DNA of 39,784 nucleotides from a virus: IMG/VR virus record IMGVR_UViG_3300045988_135509, positions 1 to 39,784 of that record; one strand, 5' to 3'. Shown piece by piece: positions 26,190 to 34,309 of this stretch (position 1 is its first letter; each line of letters starts with the position of its first letter). The notes under the pieces were generated by a model. It saw only the letters and a program-made list of their open reading frames with translations, ran no database searches and was not told where the DNA came from. The position numbers and the translations under genes were made by a program.

Positions 26190-27099
26190 AGTGCATCTTA
26201 ACAGTAGTAAATACCAAGAACCTATAATAATCAATCAATATAATCGGAATATTCCTTTTATATTTGAAGTATTTAACCAAGACGGAACTCCCGCAGTTAT
26301 AAACAGTAATGACATTATAAAAATAGAAATGGCTTTAGGAAATATAGCGATAATAAAATCCACTGGATTTACTATAGATGGAAACAAAGTATCGTGGGCA
26401 TTAGATAGAGAAATATCTTTAAATAGTGGAAATGGTACTTTTAATTTTATATTAGAAGATTCTAATACTAGAGTTAGTAGCAGCAAGATAGATGTCATAG
26501 TGCAAAGTAACAGTATAGACGAAAAAACTACACCTAGCAGCTTTTTAATAACAGTAATGGAAAAGCTACAAGGCTTAATAACCAATGCTAGTAAGATATA
26601 TACCGAAGCCAATTTAGCCAATTATGTTAAAAAAGTGCAAGGAAAAGATTTATCCAGCAACGATTATACAAGTCTAGAAAAAGCGGAAGTTGCAAAAGTA
26701 AAAGATAAATTAGACAAAGCAAGTTTATTAGACTTAACTTATCCAGTTGGTTCTATTTATATGTCTGTTAGTAATGTTAATCCATCAAATTTATTTGGGG
26801 GTACTTGGGAATCATTTGCATCGGGTAGGACTTTAGTTGGGGTTGATACATCACAAACAGAGTTTAATACAGTAGAAAAAACTGGTGGTTCGAAAACACA
26901 TAAGCTAACAATCCTTGAAATGCCCAGTCATGAACATCCAACAAATATTAGTGCATGGGGTGGTGGTACAAACTATACTTTCCAAACTACCACAATAGAA
27001 ACTGGTAGAGATGAGCATACAGGTTTAGTAGGTGGCAACAAACCTCATAACAACTTACAACCTTATATTACTTGTTACATGTGGAAAAGAACTAAATAG
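26164..27099 (+). CDS. Tail fibre / receptor-binding protein with a collar-type C-terminal domain
   Basis: YPVGSIYMSVSNVNPSNLFGGTWE...GGSKTHKLTILEMPSHEH...GGNKPHNNLQPYITCYMWKRT matches the phage tail-collar / baseplate C-terminal pattern. Confidence 0.75.
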   Translation: MKLKPQIIKVHLNSSKYQEPIIINQYNRNIPFIFEVFNQDGTPAVINSNDIIKIEMALGNIAIIKSTGFTIDGNKVSWALDREISLNSGNGTFNFILEDSNTRVSSSKIDVIVQSNSIDEKTTPSSFLITVMEKLQGLITNASKIYTEANLANYVKKVQGKDLSSNDYTSLEKAEVAKVKDKLDKASLLDLTYPVGSIYMSVSNVNPSNLFGGTWESFASGRTLVGVDTSQTEFNTVEKTGGSKTHKLTILEMPSHEHPTNISAWGGGTNYTFQTTTIETGRDEHTGLVGGNKPHNNLQPYITCYMWKRTK

Positions 27100-27109
27100 G
27101 AGGTAGGAT

Positions 27110-29143
27110 ATGGGGAATATATTAACAGAAGTAGTATTAACTGCTAAAGAAGAATTAGATGAAGCTTTAAATAAAGCAAGTAACGTTATACCGCAACTGA
27201 TTGACGATATAGATAAAAAGTTAGAAGAAACTAAAGAATTAGTTGATGGGGCTGGTGCTGCTTCTAAGCAAGAAGTAGAAGAAGTTAAGTCGTCCTTGGA
27301 AGAAAGTAAGATTAAAATAAATACTAAAGTAGATAAAGTGCAAGGTAAAGGACTTTCTACAAATGATTATAGTAATAAAGATAAAATAGAAGTTTCAAAA
27401 ATAAGTGAAAAGGCTGAAAAAACAGAACTAAATGCTATAAATGAAAGAATTAGTAATATTATTTCACATAACGAGGATGTGAGTGGTAATAGTGAGCTTA
27501 TAGATATTAGAACAGATATAACTGGGAAAATTCATGGTTCAGCTGGCGATGCTATAAGAAACCAAATAACTACACTGAATAATGATACTGAAAGTTTAAG
27601 TAATTCTATATTTGAAGAAAATATTGTAGAGTGGGATAATACAAGAATAATAGACCATAATGGAGAATATGTAAATAAATCACCTAATGACTTTTATATA
27701 ACATCACCAATTAAACTAAACAATGAAAATATAATCAATTTAACAGGTAAAATCCAATATGGGAATAATCTTGACTTTGTTAAAACATTAAATTTTTATA
27801 AGGATTTACCAATTCAACATTCAAATTTAATAAGTCAATCGCACCCTTTCGGAGCAACACAGGGTGGTTCTTATACTTATAACAATGAAGTTATTAAGAG
27901 TCCTTCTGATGCAAAATATGTTATATTATGCATTTACAAATCTTCTTATGAAAACTTAATTATAAAACAAAAAAGAGCAAATGATAAAGTTGATAAAATT
28001 AATCCAATAGAAGAAAAAATAAAACCACTCGATAATATTGGTAAATTAGAAAACTTAATAAAAAATAATATATTAGATGAATTTGCAAATAATGATGGAA
28101 CTTTTTCATCTTCCAAGACTTACAAGGTAAGTAAAAATATAGCTGTAGAACCATCAACAAAATATTATTTTAAAAATTGCACCAAAGATATTTATATTAA
28201 TGCTTATAATAAAAATAGAGAATGGCAAGAAAGATTTAGGGTTTCAGCTAATACAAATTATTATGTAACTGGTAAACAGGAATATTATGTTGATATATGT
28301 TGTTCTAACGAAGATGTTGAAGGTCAAGTTTTTGGTAGATATGAAACAGATAAGTATGTACCTTATGAAACTCCATTAATGTGGGATTTAAAAGATAATA
28401 TATTTACTAAAAATATAATTGATGAAATTATGAAAAAAATACCCTCAATAAATACGACAGAGCCAACTACAACTATTATTTTTGATGATGGATGGAAGGA
28501 AGATTACACAGTGATGTATCCTTATCTAAAAGAGAAAGGAATAGTTGCTTGTACTGCTATTGTTACATCATACCAAGAAAGATACCCAGAGCAATATGTT
28601 AGCGTTGACCAAATCAAAGAACTAGAAAGTAATGGTTGGGAAATAATGTCACATACTCATAATCATATAGATTTGTCGACATTGAGTAAAGAAGAACAAA
28701 AAACAGAATTTGTAACTTCAAAGGAAAAATTAGAAAGTTATGGATGTCAAGTTGAAAATATTGTTTATCCTAAAAACCATTATAATCACGACACTATGTT
28801 AGCTGTTAAGGAGTATTATAAATCAGCATTCGCATTCAATGATGGTATAAATTATATAAATAATATTCCATTAAATCAATATGCTATATATAGAATAGCA
28901 TTAGAAGAACCATTGGCTTGGAACAAGAAACATATTGATAAAGCATTTCAAGAAAATGCATGGGTAGTATTTATGGGGCATGGAATGTACTACAATCCAA
29001 CTATGCATCCAGATGATTCAAAGTGGCCAGGAAAATGGGATGTAAACCTACAAAATGCTAAAGATAATATTGAATACTGTATTTCCAAAGGATTTAAAAT
29101 TAAAACTGCTCGCGATGCACTAAATATGTTTGGGAATAACTAA
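27110..29143 (+). CDS. Tail fibre protein with a C-terminal polysaccharide deacetylase (CE4 / NodB-like) domain
   Basis: Coiled-coil N-terminus with a fibre motif (KVQGKGLSTNDYS), central beta-rich region. C-terminal motifs: IIFDDGW, SHTHNH, YPKNHY, VVFMGHG. Confidence 0.75.
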   Translation: MGNILTEVVLTAKEELDEALNKASNVIPQLIDDIDKKLEETKELVDGAGAASKQEVEEVKSSLEESKIKINTKVDKVQGKGLSTNDYSNKDKIEVSKISEKAEKTELNAINERISNIISHNEDVSGNSELIDIRTDITGKIHGSAGDAIRNQITTLNNDTESLSNSIFEENIVEWDNTRIIDHNGEYVNKSPNDFYITSPIKLNNENIINLTGKIQYGNNLDFVKTLNFYKDLPIQHSNLISQSHPFGATQGGSYTYNNEVIKSPSDAKYVILCIYKSSYENLIIKQKRANDKVDKINPIEEKIKPLDNIGKLENLIKNNILDEFANNDGTFSSSKTYKVSKNIAVEPSTKYYFKNCTKDIYINAYNKNREWQERFRVSANTNYYVTGKQEYYVDICCSNEDVEGQVFGRYETDKYVPYETPLMWDLKDNIFTKNIIDEIMKKIPSINTTEPTTTIIFDDGWKEDYTVMYPYLKEKGIVACTAIVTSYQERYPEQYVSVDQIKELESNGWEIMSHTHNHIDLSTLSKEEQKTEFVTSKEKLESYGCQVENIVYPKNHYNHDTMLAVKEYYKSAFAFNDGINYINNIPLNQYAIYRIALEEPLAWNKKHIDKAFQENAWVVFMGHGMYYNPTMHPDDSKWPGKWDVNLQNAKDNIEYCISKGFKIKTARDALNMFGNN

Positions 29144-29194
29144 TAATTAATTCACAGTTGACCGAAAGGACGACATAACTTAATAAGATTTAAG

Positions 29195-29226
29195 AGAGAT
29201 TTAGAGTAATTCTAAGTCTCTTTTTT
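29195..29226 (+). terminator. Rho-independent terminator after the tail module
   Basis: 11-bp stem AGAGATTTAGA/TCTAAGTCTCT (one G-U pair) then TTTTTT. Confidence 0.8.
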
Positions 29227-29257
29227 ATACAAAAAATAAGGAAGGTGGTACAAATGT

Positions 29258-29461
29258 ATGGAGGGGGAAGTAATTAAATATTTTATAACACAAGGGGCAT
29301 TTGCAGTGCTTTTTATGTGGTTATTGATAGATACTAGGAAGGATAGTAAGCAAAGGGAAGAAAAGTACCAACAGACAATAGATAAATTAGCGGACAAAAT
29401 CAACATAGTTGAGGATATCAAGGAAGATGTTGAGGAAATAAAAAATAAATTAAATAAATAA
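29258..29461 (+). CDS. BhlA/UviB-family holin-like protein
   Basis: Single N-terminal TM segment (ITQGAFAVLFMWLLI) followed by a charged coiled-coil tail, as in BhlA/UviB. Confidence 0.65.
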   Translation: MEGEVIKYFITQGAFAVLFMWLLIDTRKDSKQREEKYQQTIDKLADKINIVEDIKEDVEEIKNKLNK

Positions 29462-29476
29462 GGGAGAGTGTTATTA

Positions 29477-29665
29477 ATGAAAGAAAGAATCGCAAAGAAG
29501 TTAACAAGTGCTAGATTTTTAATGGCTATAATATTCACACTAGTTATAAGCTACATGGCTATAACTGGAACTATAAGTGGAGAGCAGTTCGTTCCGTTAG
29601 CAACAATGGTAGTTGCTTTCTACTTTAGTAGAGACAAAGAACAAAACATTAATCAAGAGGGGTAA
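29477..29665 (+). CDS. Holin (two TM segments; ORF open from GTG 29468)
   Basis: ARFLMAIIFTLVISYMAITG and FVPLATMVVAFYF, charged C-terminus, directly upstream of the endolysin. Confidence 0.65.
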   Translation: MKERIAKKLTSARFLMAIIFTLVISYMAITGTISGEQFVPLATMVVAFYFSRDKEQNINQEG

Positions 29666-29698
29666 TATCCCCTCCATTCTATTTTAAGGAGGGATTTT

Positions 29699-30595
29699 AT
29701 GGACGGAATTGATATATCACACCACAATAAGACTATAGACTTCAATAAGGTAAAAGCAAGTGGAATAGACACAGTTATTATTAAAGCTACTGAAGGGGGC
29801 TCTTATATAGACCCCAAGTTTCAAGAACATTATAACAGTGCAAAAGATAAAGGTTTTAATATCGGATTCTATCATTTCCTTTACGAAGAAAGCGACCCAA
29901 TAAGACAAGCCGAATTTTTCTACAATAATATTAAAGATAAGCTTTACAATGTAATTCCTGTACTAGATGCAGAAAGAAATAACGGAAATAAGTTTAACAG
30001 AACTACTTATACCGATTTTTGTCTTGCATTTCTAAAAAGGTTCAAGGAATTAAGTGGAATAGATTGCATTCTATATACTTATACCAGTTTTGCGAATAAT
30101 TTAATGGATAATAGGCTTAAACCTTATCTGTTATGGGAAGCTAATTATTATACCAACAATGGTCAAAGGCACAATAGAAAAGGGCTAACTAATATATGGG
30201 GAAAGGACATTGTAGGCCACCAGTACACTAGCACTGGTAGAGTAAATGGAATAAATACAAATTGTGATCTAAACGACTTTGAAGAAAGTATTCTATTAAA
30301 CAAATCAGAAAATCTAAGTAAACCAGTAAATAATCCAGTTAAGGGGGAATCAAAATTGTTAGAAAAGTGCAAGGGAAATGTATTAAACTATGGAGAGAAA
30401 GGAACTTATGTATACTTAGCACAAAGTGCTATGAAAGCTTTAGGACTATATAATGGACCTATAGACGGTTCATATGGTCCAGCTAAAGGGAATGGAAGTT
30501 TTTATAAAGCTGTTGTAAATTTAAATGCTAAATTAGGATTTAACAATGACAGTAATTTAGGACCAGCTTGCTGGACTTATATATTAACTAAGTAG
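29699..30595 (+). CDS. Endolysin: GH25 muramidase plus a C-terminal PG_binding_1-like domain
   Basis: DGIDISHHNKTIDFNKVKASGIDTVIIKATEGGSYIDPKF is a GH25 signature. C-terminal GEKGTYVYLAQSAMKALGLYNGPIDGSYGPA. Confidence 0.9.
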   Translation: MDGIDISHHNKTIDFNKVKASGIDTVIIKATEGGSYIDPKFQEHYNSAKDKGFNIGFYHFLYEESDPIRQAEFFYNNIKDKLYNVIPVLDAERNNGNKFNRTTYTDFCLAFLKRFKELSGIDCILYTYTSFANNLMDNRLKPYLLWEANYYTNNGQRHNRKGLTNIWGKDIVGHQYTSTGRVNGINTNCDLNDFEESILLNKSENLSKPVNNPVKGESKLLEKCKGNVLNYGEKGTYVYLAQSAMKALGLYNGPIDGSYGPAKGNGSFYKAVVNLNAKLGFNNDSNLGPACWTYILTK

Positions 30596-30632
30596 TATAA
30601 TATATATGTAAATATAATTATCTATTTTATCA

Positions 30633-30676
30633 AAGCCAGTAGGTGGGGAGAAATCCTTGCTTACTGGCTTTTTTAT
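30633..30676 (+). terminator. Rho-independent terminator after the lysis cassette
   Basis: AAGCCAGTA...TACTGGCTT stem followed by TTTTTATTTT. Confidence 0.8.
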
Positions 30677-30735
30677 TTTAAAGCTTTATTTATATTCCAA
30701 ATAGTGGTAAAATATTACTATAAGGTGGTGATGGT

Positions 30736-30942
30736 TTGGTTAAGAATAGATTGTTGGAGATTAGGCTTTCATTAGGCTATAAAAAACAAAAAGAATTTGC
30801 AGAATATTTAGAGGTAAGTAAGGCTAGTTACAATAAATGGGAAAATAATTCTAGCCAACCAGGAGTAGAAACTATTTTACTTATAGCAAATAAGTTAAAT
30901 TTAAAAATAGAAGATATAGTTTATTTAGAGAATATAGATTAA
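30736..30942 (+). CDS. XRE-family HTH transcriptional regulator (TTG start)
   Basis: LLEIRLSLGYKKQKEFAEYLEVSKASYNKWENNSSQP is a typical HTH_3 sequence. AAGGTGGTGA RBS. Confidence 0.7.
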   Translation: MVKNRLLEIRLSLGYKKQKEFAEYLEVSKASYNKWENNSSQPGVETILLIANKLNLKIEDIVYLENID

Positions 30943-31079
30943 TTCTGTGTTCTCTTTTTATTTTATATAGAAAAATAATTAAAGAAAAATAAAATTAAAA
31001 AATAAAAAAGAAAATTAGGAAACTTTTTATCCTTTAGTACATACATATAAACTATAAAGCAAGACAAAAGAGGTTAAAG

Positions 31080-31247
31080 TTGATTGTTGACTTAATTGAA
31101 TTGCAAGAAGTAGAGATTAACAAAGTGGTTAATTGCATTAAAGAAGTAGGTAAAAGTAGAATCTATGCAGATACAGTTGAATACATTGTATTTTTAAAAG
31201 ACGGAGGTATGTACTCTATATTCTTAGAGCAGCCTAAACTATGTTGA
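31080..31247 (+). CDS. Possible small protein (55 aa, TTG start) translationally coupled to the FtsK-like gene
   Basis: AAGAGG RBS. Its stop overlaps ATG 31241 (ATGTTGA), and that start lacks its own RBS. Confidence 0.35.
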   Translation: MIVDLIELQEVEINKVVNCIKEVGKSRIYADTVEYIVFLKDGGMYSIFLEQPKLC

Positions 31248-32200
31248 TTTTATATATTAAGTTATTAGCAATGTTCTTATCTGCGTATGGATCTATTAAT
31301 TTACTTCTTCCAGAAAAAATTAAAGATAAGCTTAAGATAAAAAGTAAGTTTAGATATTTTATAAAGGAAAAAGACTTAATTACAAAAGTTACAGATAAAG
31401 CTACTTTAGAAGATATAGAAGTTTATAAATGGGGATTTAAAGCTACATTAGATATAAGTAAGATATGTGCATATGAGGATATTGAAAAACATTCAGATTA
31501 TCTTAAACAGATGTTTAGGGCGAAAGAAGTAAACATGATAAATAAGAATGGAACTGTTGAAATTGAAGTATTCAACAAAGATATAGGTGATATTAAATAT
31601 GAATATGTAGATATGTCGCCGTATGAACTTATATTTGGCTATAACAAAAAAGGTGAACCAATAACAGTAAATATGAAGAAAACTCCGCATATAGGGGTAC
31701 AGGGTGCTAGTAACAGTGGTAAGTCAAAAATGGTTGAACTAGCTTTAAGAAACTTAAAGGATAAAGCAGATGTAATATTATTAAATTGCTTTGAAGATGA
31801 TTTTATAAGTATACCAGGAAGAAGAATAAACAATAATGAGGATATATTAGAATACTTAGAAAGTATCATAGAAGAACCATACATAAGAGAAAGACCACTA
31901 TATCTATTGTTAGATGAGTTAAATGTACTTGGTAAAGATAAAAAGATTAACAAGGCTATTATGGATGTTTTAGCACAAGCTAGGCATTTTAACATCTTTT
32001 TAATTGCTCTTGGTCAGAGTTTATTGAAGGAAAATTGTCCATATAAGCAGTTGTTTAATGTTAGAGTTACATTCAGAGCGATAGATAGAAGCAGTATAAG
32101 TGCATTTTTAGGATGCACAGTAGAAGATACAAGGCTAAATCAAAGGGAATTTATTTGTTATTCAGATAGCATTTATAGGGGGAAGTCCTACCTACTATAA
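31241..32200 (+). CDS. FtsK/SpoIIIE-family DNA-translocase-like ATPase with an N-terminal TM segment (coupling-protein-like)
   Basis: TM segment LILYIKLLAMFLSAYGSINLLL, PHIGVQGASNSGKSK (Walker A), LYLLLDELN (Walker B), ARHFNIFLIALGQS. Confidence 0.8.
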   Translation: MLILYIKLLAMFLSAYGSINLLLPEKIKDKLKIKSKFRYFIKEKDLITKVTDKATLEDIEVYKWGFKATLDISKICAYEDIEKHSDYLKQMFRAKEVNMINKNGTVEIEVFNKDIGDIKYEYVDMSPYELIFGYNKKGEPITVNMKKTPHIGVQGASNSGKSKMVELALRNLKDKADVILLNCFEDDFISIPGRRINNNEDILEYLESIIEEPYIRERPLYLLLDELNVLGKDKKINKAIMDVLAQARHFNIFLIALGQSLLKENCPYKQLFNVRVTFRAIDRSSISAFLGCTVEDTRLNQREFICYSDSIYRGKSYLL

Positions 32201-32368
32201 GTATTATGTTAAGCAGAATTGGTCGAAGTTTTCGTGTAGCAAGTGGAATGCGTAGTCTTGGAATACAACTTGTTGTTTACAAGCGAAGCATGGAATGAAG
32301 CGGAACGAAAGCTGAGAACAATCAGGCGAAGCCTAATAACTTGATAGTAGTGGGGTAATTCAAATTAG
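32201..32368 (+). promoter_or_regulatory. Non-coding, locally GC-richer spacer between the FtsK-like and Rep genes: candidate nick site / origin (oriT or dso)
   Basis: TGGAAT(G/A) x3 (about 32244, 32259, 32291), GCGAAGC x2 (32283, 32325), small inverted repeats (CTTGT-TGTTT-ACAAG at 32269..32283). Confidence 0.3.
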
Positions 32369-33169
32369 ATGAAAAAAATCGAAAATCTATACAACTTAAA
32401 AATAATTACTAGCGGTGATAGATTGGAAATCTACAAGATAAATAATTATTTGGCAAGAACGGATTTTGAACGTGAAATTGAAAAACCACAAGATACTAAA
32501 GATAATGAAAAAGGGATTCAATCCTTAAAGGATAGGAAGGCTACATTAAATAAGGCTAGAAATAACATTATGAGATTAATAAAGTCAAATCCAGATATGA
32601 CCACCTTTATTACTTTAACATTTAGTAATGTTCCAGACTATAAAAAAAGCAAACAGTTGTTAAATATATTTTTTACTAAGCTTAGGAGGGATTATACAAA
32701 TTTAAAGTATATTTGGGTACTTGAATTAGGGGAAAAGAACAAAAGGTTACATTACCACCTATTAACTAATGTTTTAGTTCCTTTAAATTTAAGCGGAAAC
32801 AACGAAACAAAATCATTTGATCATAAGATTTACGAAGAACAATTTAGAAAAGCTTATTGGCCACATGGCTTTGTAGATATTAGAGATTTGAACCAGGAAG
32901 ACAATACTAATATAGCTTTATATGTAAGCGCTTATATAGTAAAAAGCTTATTAGATATAAACATTGACGGCAGAGTATATGGATATAGTCATAAAACAAT
33001 AGATCGTCCAGTTGAAACCAAGCTTTATTTAAATTGCAGCATAGAAGAGTTATTAAATCATTTCAAAGAGTATAAGATTGATTATACAAATAGTTATAAA
33101 ATTGGCTTTACAGATTGGCAAGGCGAACGAAAAGGGACAGTAACCTATTTCGATATGAGTAAAAAATAA
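32369..33169 (+). CDS. HUH-superfamily rolling-circle replication initiator / relaxase-like protein
   Basis: Motif 1 FITLTF, motif 2 (HUH) RLHYHLLTN, motif 3 ALYVSAYIVKS (catalytic Tyr). Confidence 0.75.
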   Translation: MKKIENLYNLKIITSGDRLEIYKINNYLARTDFEREIEKPQDTKDNEKGIQSLKDRKATLNKARNNIMRLIKSNPDMTTFITLTFSNVPDYKKSKQLLNIFFTKLRRDYTNLKYIWVLELGEKNKRLHYHLLTNVLVPLNLSGNNETKSFDHKIYEEQFRKAYWPHGFVDIRDLNQEDNTNIALYVSAYIVKSLLDINIDGRVYGYSHKTIDRPVETKLYLNCSIEELLNHFKEYKIDYTNSYKIGFTDWQGERKGTVTYFDMSKK

Positions 33170-33190
33170 TTATATAAGGAGAGTTAAATT

Positions 33191-33484
33191 ATGAAAATAA
33201 ATAATGTAATGTGTTTAGTTAGTTCTAGAGAGGAAAAAATAAATAAGAATACTAATTTGCCTTATTGGACAACAAGTATAGTCACTTTAGATGGTGATGG
33301 TACTGCTTTAAATATTACAGTAAAAGAGAGAGAATTGGCAGAAAAGTTAAAACCTATGTTTAAATACAATCTTAATTTAAATTTATCAAATAGCCAATAT
33401 GGCATGAGAGTTGAGTTAGCAGCATTAAATCCAATTGTTAAAGAATTGGGATCTATAATAGACGGAATACCACAAGGGAAGTAA
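33191..33484 (+). CDS. Hypothetical protein (97 aa)
   Basis: AAGGAGAG RBS. No motif recognised. Confidence 0.6.
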   Translation: MKINNVMCLVSSREEKINKNTNLPYWTTSIVTLDGDGTALNITVKERELAEKLKPMFKYNLNLNLSNSQYGMRVELAALNPIVKELGSIIDGIPQGK

Positions 33485-33538
33485 TTGACAAATTATACCT
33501 ATATTGTACAATATAATTAAATAAAGGGAGGTATTTAG

Positions 33539-33964
33539 ATGAAGAAGAGATTAACTATTTTATTAAGTGGATTGTTATTATTAGGATTAGTTGGTTGTGG
33601 GGGAAGTAAAGCTTATGAGCCAACATTATCAGATACTGGTGTTGTTTATGTAAGTAAAAGTAATCAAAATGCAGATGGAACAAATGCAAGTATTAATGTA
33701 AAGAGTGTTACCAGAGATGAGGATTCTATAATAATAGAAACTGATAATCCTACAGAGCAAATAAGCTATGCTAATAAGAAATTTTTAGCATTTGCATTAA
33801 TTGATGAAGAAGGTAAGGAATACACTAATATTTCTGGAAAAGTAACTGATAATAATGGTAGCGCAAAAATAACTATTACTGGCGAAGATGCTGGCAAAGG
33901 CAAGTACATTCAAATAATGCCTTACAAAAGCAATGATAAATATATAGAATTTGAAGTTAAATAA
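33539..33964 (+). CDS. Lipoprotein
   Basis: Signal peptide MKKRLTILLSGLLLLGLVG-C with a lipobox LVGC. GGGAGG RBS. Confidence 0.8.
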   Translation: MKKRLTILLSGLLLLGLVGCGGSKAYEPTLSDTGVVYVSKSNQNADGTNASINVKSVTRDEDSIIIETDNPTEQISYANKKFLAFALIDEEGKEYTNISGKVTDNNGSAKITITGEDAGKGKYIQIMPYKSNDKYIEFEVK

Positions 33965-33970
33965 TAAAGT

Positions 33971-34002
33971 AAGCTAGGGTAAAATATATATCCTAGCTTT
34001 TT
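33971..34002 (+). terminator. Rho-independent terminator
   Basis: AAGCTAGG-N13-CCTAGCTT then TTT. Confidence 0.7.
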
Positions 34003-34184
34003 ATGTTTAATAGATATTATGTGCATTATTTTTATTTATAATAATTTCCCTCATCTTTCCCACACTTTTCCCACAAAAGTATTAGATATTATTTAGTATT
34101 GCTTTAGTATAGGGTAGTTTAATGTTAGATAGCATCTATATTTTAGAACTTGAATAGTTTTATTTAGTGAGGAAAAATAGAATC

Positions 34185-34212
34185 AGGGGTTCGATTCCCC
34201 TAGGGACTACCA
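34185..34212 (+). other. tRNA 3'-end-like segment (T-arm AGGGG-TTCGATT-CCCCT, acceptor strand AGGGACT, A, CCA), putative attP core
   Basis: Canonical T-loop and CCA, but no matching 5' acceptor strand or D/anticodon arms upstream. Confidence 0.65.
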
Positions 34213-34215
34213 TTC

Positions 34216-34257
34216 AAGCTATACCAATGCTTTATAGAGTTTTGGTATAGCTTTTTT
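34216..34257 (+). terminator. Rho-independent terminator following the tRNA-like core
   Basis: AAGCTATACCA...TGGTATAGCTT 11-bp stem then TTTT. Confidence 0.7.
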
Positions 34258-34309
34258 AATTTTACTCCCACACTTTTCCCACATGAGATATTATAAAAAA
34301 GGTGTGATT

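Larger units (their letters stand above)
30736..33964 (+). mobile_element. Accessory block resembling the mobilisation/replication core of an integrative mobilisable element (regulator, FtsK-like ATPase, HUH Rep/relaxase-like protein, small ORF, lipoprotein)
   Basis: Gene content and order. Bracketed by terminators at 30633..30676 and 33971..34002. Redundant with the phage's own replication module. Confidence 0.45.
34059..34283 (+). other. attP region: core mimicking a tRNA 3' end, flanked by two perfect 17-bp direct repeats CCCACACTTTTCCCACA (34059..34075, 34267..34283)
   Basis: Read directly. Immediately adjacent to the integrase gene. Confidence 0.7.

Noticed and set aside
31241-33169. 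FtsK-like and Rep genes as the phage's own replication/packaging machinery
   Set aside because: The genome already encodes an organiser, DnaB-type helicase, SSB and a complete TerS/TerL/portal set. The block is separated from them by terminators and sits at the accessory locus next to attP.
34185-34212. A second, complete tRNA gene next to the integrase
   Set aside because: Only the T-arm, 3' acceptor strand and CCA are present. No complementary 5' acceptor strand, D-arm or anticodon arm lies upstream, so it is interpreted as an attP core.
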